A DNA stretch of 64,000 nucleotides from Planctomycetota bacterium (GTDB taxonomy: Bacteria; Planctomycetota; PLA2; JAEUHO01): contig CBDCWP010000039.1 of NCBI GenBank assembly GCA_965223505.1, positions 96,001-160,000 of the forward strand. Direction: 5' to 3'. Under the pieces are notes generated by a model. It did not search any database. It had not been told where the DNA came from and saw only the letters and a list, made by a program, of their open reading frames with translations. Shown piece after piece: positions 31,378-42,421 of the stretch. Each line of letters starts with the position of its first letter. The stretch's first letter is position 1. The position numbers and the translations under genes are program-made.

Positions 31378-32540
31378 CGATCGTCGCGTTCGACTTGCCG
31401 AGCGACTACATGGTGACGTTCTGGGCGTGCGTGTCCGTGTGCTTCGGACTCGTCGTCGGCTCGTTCTTGAACGTGGTCATTTGGCGCCTGCCCCGCGGAC
31501 AGAAGCTCGGCAAGCCGCGTTCAGCGTGTCCGGGATGCGGCGCGCTCATTCGCTGGTACGACAACATCCCCGTGCTGTCGTGGTTGGTACTGCGCGCCAG
31601 GTGCCGTCGTTGCGACGTGAAGATTCCCATTCGCTACCCCGTCGTCGAGGCGTTGACGGGGCTGCTCTTCTTCCTCGCATTCATCGAACACCATCCGCGG
31701 CTCGAATCGATCCTGATCGTGCAGCTTGCTCTCGCCGCGCTGCTCGCGATCTCGTACATCGATTGGGACCACAAGATCATCCCCGACAAGATCACGCTCC
31801 CCGGCATCGTCGCCGGCGTCGTCGTCGCGCCGTGGTTGGCGTTGCACGATCAGCCGTTCTTGCGCGACGCGGCGCCGTGGCCCGACGCTTGGCTGCGCGC
31901 GCTCGCCGGCGTCGCCGTGGGCGGCGGCGTCGTCTGGGCGATTCGCATCCTCGGTGGCTGGATCCTGAAGAAGGAAGCGATGGGATTCGGGGACGTGAAG
32001 CTCCTCGCGTTCATCGGTGCGCTCGTCGGGCCGGCGTGGTCGCTCTTCGCGCTCGTGCTCGGGTGTCTCGGCGGCGCGTTCATCGGCGGCCTCATCGTCG
32101 CCATCGGCAAGCGCCGGCCGATCCGTCTGTCGCTGCGCGTGACCGGAGACGGCATCGACGAGTCGTTCTCCGCGGCGTTCGTGCGCGACCAGGTGCTGCG
32201 CGTGCATGCAACCGACACGGCCGAGGAGGGAGCCAACGTGCGGTTGGAGATGGTGCTGCCCGCCGCGAAAGTGCTCGAAGACGAAGACGCGCAGGTCAAC
32301 GTGAAAGGGCGCGTTCGGTCGTCGCGCCCCGCGGGCGACGGTCACGAGTGGCAGATCGAGGTGCGCAAGGCCAAGGAGATCGATCGCGAGCGGCTGCACT
32401 TCTTCGCCAGCTCGTACCGGTACATCCCCTTCGGCCCGTTCCTCTCGCTCGGCGGCGCGCTGTTGTTGCTGTGGGGCGCCCACATCGCGTGGTTCATCGT
32501 CGAGGGCTATCCGCGCATGGCACAGGGGCTCTTCAAGTAG
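31374..32540 (+). CDS. pilD: Prepilin peptidase (A24A) with an inserted PilZ-like domain
   Basis: GSFLNVVIWRLP, RSACPGC, DNIPVLSW..LR.RCRRC, RYPVVE, ID...KIIPD, MGFGDVKL, IPFGPFL; ~105-aa insert before IPFGPFL. Confidence 0.93.
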   Translation: MTIVAFDLPSDYMVTFWACVSVCFGLVVGSFLNVVIWRLPRGQKLGKPRSACPGCGALIRWYDNIPVLSWLVLRARCRRCDVKIPIRYPVVEALTGLLFFLAFIEHHPRLESILIVQLALAALLAISYIDWDHKIIPDKITLPGIVAGVVVAPWLALHDQPFLRDAAPWPDAWLRALAGVAVGGGVVWAIRILGGWILKKEAMGFGDVKLLAFIGALVGPAWSLFALVLGCLGGAFIGGLIVAIGKRRPIRLSLRVTGDGIDESFSAAFVRDQVLRVHATDTAEEGANVRLEMVLPAAKVLEDEDAQVNVKGRVRSSRPAGDGHEWQIEVRKAKEIDRERLHFFASSYRYIPFGPFLSLGGALLLLWGAHIAWFIVEGYPRMAQGLFK

Positions 32541-32942
32541 CGATTGCCGACCGAAGGAAGGGGGAGGGGGGGCGCAACGCGCGCCCCGCGTTCACGCCGC
32601 GCGGTCGAGTGCGGCGCGTCCGTCCCCCTCGGCGTCTAGACTCTTGCACGCCGCAAAGCCCCCGAAGTGCCACAGTCGGTTGTGGGGCAACGCGCTTTTT
32701 CATGCCACATCTTGTATTTTCACCTTGACGCTTCCAGCACGCGGTAGTTGAATCGCTAGCGTTCAGGTGACGTCGGTCGTGTGAGAGGGAGCCGCCCGCG
32801 CGCGGGCCGCCCGTCGCCGTTTCCTCCGACTGCGCCCCCTTGTCCGGGTGGCGTGGCCGAGGGCCACGGTTGGACGTTCCAGCGCTCCCTCGTGGATTCC
32901 TGCCGGGATCCTCCGAACCCCGACGGACCGCTCGGAGGGTCT

Positions 32943-33857
32943 ATGCGTCGTATCTTGCAGGGTCGTTTCTCTTTCCACGCACTGGGATCTCTTCTCGTCG
33001 CCGTGAGCCTCGTCTTGCTCACGACCGGCTGCTCCGCCTCGCGCTCGGTGAACCGCGCCAAGGTGCTCGAGGCCGAGAACATCGACTTGCGCCAGCGGGC
33101 GGACTTGCTCGAGGGGCAGGTCCGCGACGCGCACGCCGGGCAGGACCACGCCGTGGCGCAGGTGCAGGAGCTGCAGGCGCAGAAGGCCTCCTTGGAAGAC
33201 CAGGCGGCAAACGCCAGCACCGAGGCGAGCAACGCGCTGGCGCGGCTGAACGAGATCGAGGGCGACCTGTCGGCCGCCGAGCGCGAGCGCGACGCGCTGC
33301 GGCGCAAGGTCGCCGACCTGAACCGTCGTCCGCCGGCGCCCGCGCCGCGTCCCGCGGTTCGGCCCGGACCCCGTGACGCGTACACGGCGAGTCCCGAGCT
33401 CACCGCGCTGCAGCGCGATCTGCAGCAGCGGCTGAGCGCCGCCGGCGTGCGCGGCTTGCCGGTCGAGGTGCGCACCGCCGCCGACGGCACGCGCCGGGTC
33501 GCCGTCGTGCTGCAGGACGCCTTCCCGAGCGGCAAGGCGACGCTCGCCTACAACGCCGACGCCGTGAAGGCCGTCATCGGGCTCGGCAAGATGGTGCAGG
33601 ACAACTACCCGGGCAGCCGCATCGCCATCGAGGGGCATACGGACAGCGATCCGATTCGCAAGTCGTCGTGGGGCACCAACGAGAACCTCTCGCGGGCCCG
33701 CGCCGACGCGGTCAAGCGCTTGTTGACGAACACCGGCCTGCCGTCGAACCAGATTTCGATTTCCGGCCGCGGCGCAGATCAGCCCTTGGCGCGGGGCAAC
33801 TCCCGTCGTGCCAAGAGCCAGAACCGTCGCGTCGAGCTGTTCATCAGCCCGCGCTGA
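32943..33857 (+). CDS. OmpA/MotB-family peptidoglycan-binding lipoprotein with coiled coil
   Basis: LTTGC lipobox, heptad region, F.SGKA.L, IEGHTDSDPI, NENLSRARA, NRRVE. Confidence 0.88.
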   Translation: MRRILQGRFSFHALGSLLVAVSLVLLTTGCSASRSVNRAKVLEAENIDLRQRADLLEGQVRDAHAGQDHAVAQVQELQAQKASLEDQAANASTEASNALARLNEIEGDLSAAERERDALRRKVADLNRRPPAPAPRPAVRPGPRDAYTASPELTALQRDLQQRLSAAGVRGLPVEVRTAADGTRRVAVVLQDAFPSGKATLAYNADAVKAVIGLGKMVQDNYPGSRIAIEGHTDSDPIRKSSWGTNENLSRARADAVKRLLTNTGLPSNQISISGRGADQPLARGNSRRAKSQNRRVELFISPR

Positions 33858-33999
33858 ACGAGAGAGAGGGTTTTTTCCGTTGCAGTGGTCGCCCCCTTCC
33901 CGGGGGGCTGAGCCGATGGCTCACCTTCGCAGGTGATCGACCGGCGACATGCTCCGGCGACCGCTGTAACGGGGTTTCGGTTCCTAGGAGGGTCGTTCG

Positions 34000-34842
34000 A
34001 TGAGACAGCTGGTTTACCTCACGGTGCTCGCACTGGTGCTCGCCCCGGCATTCGGCGGTTGCCGCAGCAAGCCGAAGCGCGGATGCAACACGTGCGCTGC
34101 GCCCAACACGATTGCCCAGGCCCCGGGTGGCTACATTCCGCCCCAGGCACCCGGCTTCGGTTCCGCCGACGTGATCGCGGACGGCGTTCCCGCGCCGTCG
34201 CCCGCGCCGGGACCGACGGAGGCGGAGATCACGGCGCTGCACGATCAGATCCAGACCGAGCAGAGCCGCCGGATGGAGGTCGAGCGCGATCGCGCCGAAG
34301 CCGCCGCGCGCCTGAGCGAGGCGGAGGCCGAGATCGAGCGGCTGAAGGATCAGATCGCGTCGCCGATCATGCCCCCCGAGCCGGTGCCGAACTACGACAT
34401 GCCGCCGGCGTCCACGCCCGCCTCCGACTTCGCGGACCGCATGCGTGCCACCGGCGCGCTCGAGATCGTGCAGACCGGCCAGACCGTGACGCTTCGGCTC
34501 TCCGACGCGTTCCGCCCCGGCTCTGACAAGCTGCGCGGCGACACGCGCCTGATCAACGCGTTGCGCAGCGCCGCCGACGCGCTGAACCAGAACCCCGGGG
34601 CTACGATCGCCGTCGTCGGCCACTCCGACACCACGCCGATCAAGAAGAGCTCCTGGGCCAACAACACGGCCCTCTCGCTGGCGCGAGCAAAGACCGTGGC
34701 CGGGCTGCTGGCCGACGCCGGCGTGCCCGCGAACCGCGTGGCCGTCGACGGTCGCGGTGAGTTCGAGCCGCTGGTCAGCCCCGAGCGGACCGCCGGCGAT
34801 CGCGCCCGCAACCGCCGGGTCGAGATCGAGGTGCGGTTCTAG
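34000..34842 (+). CDS. OmpA/MotB-family peptidoglycan-binding lipoprotein with coiled coil
   Basis: FGGC lipobox, CNTC, Pro-rich linker, VVGHSDTTPI, LSLARA, NRRVEI. Confidence 0.88.
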   Translation: MRQLVYLTVLALVLAPAFGGCRSKPKRGCNTCAAPNTIAQAPGGYIPPQAPGFGSADVIADGVPAPSPAPGPTEAEITALHDQIQTEQSRRMEVERDRAEAAARLSEAEAEIERLKDQIASPIMPPEPVPNYDMPPASTPASDFADRMRATGALEIVQTGQTVTLRLSDAFRPGSDKLRGDTRLINALRSAADALNQNPGATIAVVGHSDTTPIKKSSWANNTALSLARAKTVAGLLADAGVPANRVAVDGRGEFEPLVSPERTAGDRARNRRVEIEVRF

Positions 34843-34942
34843 TCCGACGCGTCGACGCCGCGCGCCCGCGCCCGTAGGCGCGGGCGGTCGAAGGGCCACG
34901 AAACCACGCTTCCGGTCCCTCCCAGGCCCGGAACGCCTGCCT

Positions 34943-34977
34943 GCGCCGGGCGGCTTGCAAGCCGTCCGGCGCTTTTT
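34943..34977 (+). terminator. Rho-independent terminator
   Basis: GCGCCGGGCGGCTT / AAGCCGTCCGGCGC stem followed by TTTTT. Confidence 0.7.
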
Positions 34978-35138
34978 CGTCGTGTCGCCCACACGCCACT
35001 AGCAACGCGCGAACGAACGCACCCGGGCACGCTTCTGCGGCGGGTTGTCGGGGCGATGTTCAAGATTCTGGCCGTTGCCTGTCGATAGGGCACCACCTGT
35101 ACCGGAGACACGCGGTGTGTCCCAGCGAGGTGGTGGAC

Positions 35139-36221
35139 ATGACGGAAAACGGTTCCAGCGTAACGATCGAGGAGCTTCTGCAGATCCTGGTGGATCGCAA
35201 CGGCTCCGATCTGCACCTCTCCGCGGGCTCTCCACCGAAGGTCAGGGTTGACGGTCGGCTCTACAACACCGAACACCCCGTGCTCAAGCCCGACGCGGCC
35301 AAGAACCTCATCTACTCGTTCTTGACGGGTGACCAGATCGCCCGGTTCGAGAAGGAGTACGAACTGGACATGTCGTTCGGCGTCGAGGGCTTCGGGCGCT
35401 TCCGTGTGAACGTCTTCTACCAGCGCGGCTCGATCGCGGCCGTCTTGCGCATGATCCCGGCGGTGGTGCGCGGGTTCGAGGATCTCGGGCTGCCGCGCAC
35501 GATCTGCGAGCAGGTTGCCGGCCTTCCCCGCGGCCTCGTGCTCGTGACCGGCGCCACGGGTAGCGGTAAGTCGACGACGCTGGCGGCGATGCTCGACTTC
35601 ATCAACGAGACGCGCGCCGACCACGTGCTCACAGTCGAGGACCCGATCGAGTTCCTGCACCGGAACAAGGGCTGCCTCTTCAACCAGCGCGAGATCGGCT
35701 CGGACACGAAGGGCTTCGGCCCGGCGCTTCGAAGCGCGCTGCGTGAAGACCCCGACGTCGTGCTCGTCGGTGAGATGCGCGACATGGAGACGATCGAGGC
35801 GGCGTTGACGATCGCCGAGACCGGTCACCTCACGTTCGGCACGCTGCACACCAGCGATTGCGTGCAGTCGATCAACCGCATCATCGACGTCTTCCCGTCG
35901 CACCAGCAGCAGCAGATCCGTACGCAACTCTCGTTCACGCTGCAGTCGGTGTTTTGCCAGCAGCTCGTGCCGACGTCCACCGGCGTCGGTCGTGCGCTCG
36001 CTCTCGAAGTGATGATCGCGAACTCCGCGGTCCGCTCGCTCATCCGCGACGACAAGGCGCACCAGATCTACAGCATCATCCAGACGGGCGGAAAGCTCGG
36101 GATGAAGACGATGAACCAGAGCCTCGGCGACCTGGTGCGGAGCAGCGTGATCACATTCGATCAGGCCGCCAACTACTCCAGTGACATCGAGGATCTCAAG
36201 CGCACTCTGGCGCGCGGGTAG
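35139..36221 (+). CDS. pilT: Type IV pilus retraction ATPase
   Basis: GSDLHL..GSPP..RVDG, GRFRVN, TGATGSGKSTT, LREDPDV..VGEMRD, AETGHL..GTLHT, AVRSLIRD (AIRNLIRE-like). Confidence 0.95.
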   Translation: MTENGSSVTIEELLQILVDRNGSDLHLSAGSPPKVRVDGRLYNTEHPVLKPDAAKNLIYSFLTGDQIARFEKEYELDMSFGVEGFGRFRVNVFYQRGSIAAVLRMIPAVVRGFEDLGLPRTICEQVAGLPRGLVLVTGATGSGKSTTLAAMLDFINETRADHVLTVEDPIEFLHRNKGCLFNQREIGSDTKGFGPALRSALREDPDVVLVGEMRDMETIEAALTIAETGHLTFGTLHTSDCVQSINRIIDVFPSHQQQQIRTQLSFTLQSVFCQQLVPTSTGVGRALALEVMIANSAVRSLIRDDKAHQIYSIIQTGGKLGMKTMNQSLGDLVRSSVITFDQAANYSSDIEDLKRTLARG

Positions 36222-36229
36222 GAGACCCC

Positions 36230-37957
<1,728 letters not shown>

Positions 37958-37990
37958 ACCCGCAGGAAGAGAGCCAGAGGCCAGACTCCC

Positions 37991-39304
37991 ATGCCGAACT
38001 TCAAGTACAGCGCAGTCGGAACCGACGGACGGACGATTCGTGGAACGCTCGACGCGCCGTCGCAGGGCGATTGTCTCGAAGAGCTGCGCCGCCGCAGCCT
38101 CATGCCGCTGCGCGTGGAGGAGAAGTCCGGCGGCAAGAAGCCGGCCGCCTCGGCCCCGAGCTCGTCCAACGGCGCGCCCGCACCCATCACGAAGCCGCTG
38201 GCGCAGAGCAAGCACAAGGGCGGTGGCCTGTTGTCCATGGACATCGGCGGCACGCGGCCGGGCGTTCGGAAGAAGGAAGAGATCGTCATCTTCACGCGCC
38301 AGCTCGCGACGATGATCACGGCCGGCATTCCGATTCTCGAGTCGCTCGAGATCCTGGAAGAGCAGGCGCAGTCTCGCAACTTCGCCATGCTGCTCGAGCT
38401 CGTGGTCGAGGACGTTCGCAGCGGTCAAGACCTGAGCACGGCGTTCGCGAAGCACCCCAAGGTCTTCACCGACGTCTACGTCAGCATGATCCGGGCCGGT
38501 GAAGCATCCGGTCAGATCGACGAGATCCTTCTGCGGCTCGCGGACTACATGGAGGCCACGGCACGGCTCAAGCGCGACATCAAGAGCGCGATGACCTACC
38601 CCTGCGTCTCGATGGTGATGATCCTGGGCATCACCGCGTTCCTGATGATCGGGATCGTGCCGAAGTTCAAGGAGGTGTTCGCCTCGCTCGACGTCGAGCT
38701 GCCCGGGCTCACCCTCGGCATCCTGGCCGCCTCCGACTTCGCCGTCGAGAACTGGGGTTTGATGATCCTCGGCGGGTTCCTCCTGGTGATGCTCATCATC
38801 ATCTGGAAGAAGACGGAACGAGGAAGTTGGCAGTGGGACTGGCTGATGCTGCATCTGCCCGTGTTCGGTAACCTGTTCCAGAAGGTGGGTCTGTCGCGTT
38901 TCTCGAAGACGTTCGCGACCATGTTGAAAAGCGGCGTGCCGATTCTCGGCGCGCTCGAGATCGTCGCGGACACGGCTGGTAACAGGCTCATCAGCGGCGC
39001 CGTGCTCGACGCGCGCGAGAACGTTCGCCAGGGTGAGAGCCTCGCGCCGCCGCTGGCCGCGAGCCCCGTCTTCCCCCCGATGGTGACGCGCATGGTCGGC
39101 ATCGGCGAGAAGACCGGCTCGCTCGAGACACTGCTCGAGAAGATCTCCGAGTTCTACGACGAACAGGTCCGTGCGACGGTCAAGCAACTCACGAGCCTGA
39201 TCGAGCCGATCATGATCGCCGTCATGGGCGTCATGGTGGGCACGATCTGCCTCGCGGTGTTCCTGCCGATCTTCGAGCTGCAAAAGCAGCTGGCGGCGCG
39301 GTAG
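37991..39304 (+). CDS. pilC: Type IV pilus platform protein (PilC/GspF)
   Basis: FTRQLATMI.AGIPI, GEASG.., AMTYP, GEKTGSL, LIEP, VFLPIF. Confidence 0.93.
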   Translation: MPNFKYSAVGTDGRTIRGTLDAPSQGDCLEELRRRSLMPLRVEEKSGGKKPAASAPSSSNGAPAPITKPLAQSKHKGGGLLSMDIGGTRPGVRKKEEIVIFTRQLATMITAGIPILESLEILEEQAQSRNFAMLLELVVEDVRSGQDLSTAFAKHPKVFTDVYVSMIRAGEASGQIDEILLRLADYMEATARLKRDIKSAMTYPCVSMVMILGITAFLMIGIVPKFKEVFASLDVELPGLTLGILAASDFAVENWGLMILGGFLLVMLIIIWKKTERGSWQWDWLMLHLPVFGNLFQKVGLSRFSKTFATMLKSGVPILGALEIVADTAGNRLISGAVLDARENVRQGESLAPPLAASPVFPPMVTRMVGIGEKTGSLETLLEKISEFYDEQVRATVKQLTSLIEPIMIAVMGVMVGTICLAVFLPIFELQKQLAAR

Positions 39305-39424
39305 GCGCGTTCGCGGTAGCAATCAGGCATGCGCGGCCTGCGAGGCCGCCCGAGGACGAAGTTCATGGGCATGCACCTTCCTGCACCTACAGTGGCAGGC
39401 TGCACGCAGGCTTCAGGACCAACC

Positions 39425-40327
39425 ATGGCGGACGCACCCGACCTACCGTGGCGCAAGCGGCGCCCCATCTTCTCGCGCGTCGTGCTGTACGTACTCGGCG
39501 GGACCCTCATCGCGGTCGTGCTCGTGCTCTGGTCGAACCGGCGCGACGTGGACGACGCCGATGCGCTCGCGGCAAAGCGGGCGGAGCTCGATTCGCTGGA
39601 CATCGTCTTCCTGGCCGATCCCTCGGGTGAGGCGACGTTGCGGGTCCTCGACGAGCGATTCGACGATCCGTCGTTTCCGGTCGACATGCGCGGTCGGGTG
39701 TTGCGCTGGCGTGCGCTGGCCCTGCGCAAGCAAGACGCCCACGACGAGGTCGACGCGATGCTGGAGGAAGCGCTGCGGCTCGACCTGCCGCTGCGCGAGC
39801 GTGGCGCGCTACTCCTCGAGTGGGCCGAGGCCCTGACGCAACGCGGCGAGCCGAAGCGGGCGCTGGAGGTCCTGGCCATGGAAGGCCAGGTCGAGGACGG
39901 GCCGTTGGGCATCTTGCGCGCGCGGGAGCTCGCGGTCGCGAAGTCGGAGGTCGATGGGGTCGCGGAGACGGCCCGCGTCCTCGAGGCAGCGTTGTCCGAG
40001 TTGCCTCGCCCGGCGCCGGAGACTCCGGTCGACTACGCCGGCGGACGAAGCTGGACCACAGCGCAGGCTGCGACGGTCGCGACGCAGACCCTGATGAAGG
40101 CTGTCGAAAACCCTGACAACGTAGCGCCGTGGGTTCGTCTGAGGGCGCTTGCCCCCGGCGACCTGCGCGCGCAGCTCGCCTGTGCAGAGGGCCTGATGGC
40201 CGCCGGACGCGAAGACGCCGCCTGGCGCGCGTGGCAACACGCGGTGCGCCTCGACGCCGACGAGGCCAACGGACTTGCTGACAAGTCACCAACACTGCAG
40301 GCCGTACGCGATCTGAAGAAAAAATGA
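39425..40327 (+). CDS. Membrane-anchored helical-repeat (TPR-like) hypothetical protein
   Basis: N-terminal TM followed by Ala/Leu-rich helical repeats. Confidence 0.65.
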   Translation: MADAPDLPWRKRRPIFSRVVLYVLGGTLIAVVLVLWSNRRDVDDADALAAKRAELDSLDIVFLADPSGEATLRVLDERFDDPSFPVDMRGRVLRWRALALRKQDAHDEVDAMLEEALRLDLPLRERGALLLEWAEALTQRGEPKRALEVLAMEGQVEDGPLGILRARELAVAKSEVDGVAETARVLEAALSELPRPAPETPVDYAGGRSWTTAQAATVATQTLMKAVENPDNVAPWVRLRALAPGDLRAQLACAEGLMAAGREDAAWRAWQHAVRLDADEANGLADKSPTLQAVRDLKKK

Positions 40328-40547
40328 GTCATTGCGCTCAAGTTCGCGCGAACGCTCCGTCGATAGGAGCCGCGGATCATCGGGTTCACCCACCCGTGGT
40401 CTGGGAGTCGGCCGCGTCCCTTCGGACGCCGAGTTCCCGCGATTTTGACGGCCCGTGAAATCGTGGGAACTCCTTGGCGGCACGTGCCGCCGACAGGCCG
40501 GGTCTCGAGTACGGGCCGAGAACCCGGTTATTTCCCAAGGAGGACAC

Positions 40548-41225
40548 ATGTCCCGTAAGCAGAGTGGTTTCACGCTCATCGAGCTGATGATCGTGATCGC
40601 GATCATCGCGATTATCGCCGCGATCGCCATTCCGAACCTGTTGGCTGCCCGTTTGAGCGCCAATGAGACGGCCGCGATCGCAACCCTCCGTAACATCATC
40701 TCCGCTCAGGCGCAGTTCCAGCAGAGCGGTAAGGCCGACGTCGACGACGACGGCACGGGTGAGTACGGCGGTTTCGTTGAGATGTCCGGTGGTGGCGCAG
40801 GCCGCATGGCGTTGATTCTGGTTCCCCCGGTCCTTTCGGGTGCGTTCCAGACGCTCAACGGCGTCGGCGAAGTCAGCCGCTCGGGCTACTTCTTCCGCAT
40901 CTTCCTTCCCGACGACAACGGCGCCGGCGTCCCGGAGCCCCAGGCTGGGTACCCGGCCGGTGGCGGCACGATCAACAGCGATCTGGCCGAGACGACCTGG
41001 TGTGCCTACGCGCATCCCGTCAACTACAACCAGTCCGGTAACCGCACGTTCTTCACCAACCAGGGTGGCGACGTGATCGGAACGGAGCTCGCCGCGTACT
41101 CCGGTACGGGCAACGGCCCCCTCGCCGACGCCGCCTTCCAGGCCGCGGGCACGATCACCGGTTCCGTGGACATCGGTGGGAACGGTCAGGACGGCGCTGG
41201 TAACACCTGGAAGCAGATCAACTAG
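40548..41225 (+). CDS. Type IV pilin, copy 1
   Basis: Class III leader MSRKQSG|FTLIELMIVIAIIAIIAAIAIP; RBS AAGGAGG. Confidence 0.93.
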   Translation: MSRKQSGFTLIELMIVIAIIAIIAAIAIPNLLAARLSANETAAIATLRNIISAQAQFQQSGKADVDDDGTGEYGGFVEMSGGGAGRMALILVPPVLSGAFQTLNGVGEVSRSGYFFRIFLPDDNGAGVPEPQAGYPAGGGTINSDLAETTWCAYAHPVNYNQSGNRTFFTNQGGDVIGTELAAYSGTGNGPLADAAFQAAGTITGSVDIGGNGQDGAGNTWKQIN

Positions 41226-41266
41226 TAGCCTCTACCAAACAGCTCCGCCTTCGGGCGGAGACGAAG

Positions 41267-41295
41267 AAGGCCGCGGTGCGAACCGCGGCCTTTTT
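41267..41295 (+). terminator. Rho-independent terminator after pilin 1
   Basis: AAGGCCGCGGT-GCGA-ACCGCGGCCTT-TTT, preceded by a CTCCGCC-TTCG-GGCGGAG hairpin. Confidence 0.8.
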
Positions 41296-41573
41296 CAATT
41301 CTGTTCGCACCGCGTGGCTTCGTTGGATGGCAACAGCGTCCTAACGTCTCATCCGAACCGTCTCGCCTGGTGCCATCGAGGAGGGTGCGGTGTAAGCGGC
41401 GACGTGGACTACAGGGCTTTAGTTGTCTGTTCCCAAGGGTCGATAGGTTCTGTGCGCCGAAGCGCCCCCCCTGGCCGCCGCCGTGAGGCGGAGGCGATCG
41501 GAAGTCCCTTCGGCGCGATGATCCCCATCGCCCTTTTTTTTCGAGGAGCTCGGCTCCTCAGGAGTTCCCAAAC

Positions 41574-42251
41574 ATGATTCGCAAGCAATCTGGTTTCACG
41601 CTCATCGAGCTGATGATCGTGATCGCGATCATCGCGATTATCGCCGCGATCGCCATTCCGAACCTGTTGGCTGCCCGTTTGAGCGCCAACGAGACGGCCG
41701 CGATCGCGACCCTCCGCAACATCATCTCCGCTCAGGCGCAGTTCCAGCAGAGCGGTAAGGCCGACGTCGACGACGACGGCACGGGTGAGTACGGCGGTTT
41801 CGTTGAGATGTCCGGTGGTGGCGCAGGCCGCATGGCGTTGATTCTGGTTCCCCCGGTCCTTTCGGGTGCGTTCCAGACGCTCAACGGCGTCGGCGAAGTC
41901 AGCCGCTCGGGCTACTTCTTCCGCATCTTCCTTCCCGACGACAACGGCGCCGGCGTCCCGGAGCCCCAGACTGGGTACCCGGCCGGTGGCGGCACGATCA
42001 ACAGCGATCTGGCCGAGACGACCTGGTGTGCCTACGCGCATCCCGTCAACTACAACCAGTCCGGTAACCGCACGTTCTTCACCAACCAGGGTGGCGACGT
42101 GATCGGAACGGAGCTCGCCGCGTACTCCGGTACGGGCAACGGCCCCCTCGCCGACGCCGCCTTCCAGGCCCCGAACGCGATCACCGGTTCCGTGGACATC
42201 GGTGGGAACGGTCAGGACGGCGCTGGTAACACCTGGAAGCAGATCAACTAG
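41574..42251 (+). CDS. Type IV pilin, copy 2
   Basis: MIRKQSG|FTLIELMIVIAIIA; mature protein differs from copy 1 at 4 residues; RBS AGGAG. Confidence 0.93.
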   Translation: MIRKQSGFTLIELMIVIAIIAIIAAIAIPNLLAARLSANETAAIATLRNIISAQAQFQQSGKADVDDDGTGEYGGFVEMSGGGAGRMALILVPPVLSGAFQTLNGVGEVSRSGYFFRIFLPDDNGAGVPEPQTGYPAGGGTINSDLAETTWCAYAHPVNYNQSGNRTFFTNQGGDVIGTELAAYSGTGNGPLADAAFQAPNAITGSVDIGGNGQDGAGNTWKQIN

Positions 42252-42292
42252 TAGCCTCTACCAAACAGCTCCGCCTTCGGGCGGAGACGAAG

Positions 42293-42321
42293 AAGGCCGC
42301 GGTGCGAACCGCGGCCTTTTT
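42293..42321 (+). terminator. Rho-independent terminator after pilin 2
   Basis: Identical to 41267-41295. Confidence 0.8.
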
Positions 42322-42421
42322 CAATTCTGCGAAGCCGCGAATGGGGAAACACCCGCAGGTCGACGACGCCTACCCACACAGGTGACTCGGACAGCGCCGA
42401 GATGCGAGGTACGCTCCCCGC

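Larger units (their letters stand above)
40565..42329 (+). repeat. ~740-bp direct repeat (40565-41303 and 41591-42329; period 1026 bp) covering pilin body and terminator
   Basis: Direct comparison shows about 8 nucleotide differences. Confidence 0.93.

Noticed and set aside
32640..32760. c-di-GMP-I riboswitch (CGCAAAGCC), NrdR-like box (GCCACATCTTGTATTT) or sigma70 promoter upstream of the OmpA genes
   Set aside because: No GAAA-tetraloop P2 stem; only one imperfect box with no nrd gene nearby; TTGACG lacks a good -10 at the proper spacing.
35025..35038. Sigma54 promoter before pilT (GGGCACGCTTCTGC)
   Set aside because: GGCAC-to-GC spacing is one base short of the strict -24/-12 geometry.
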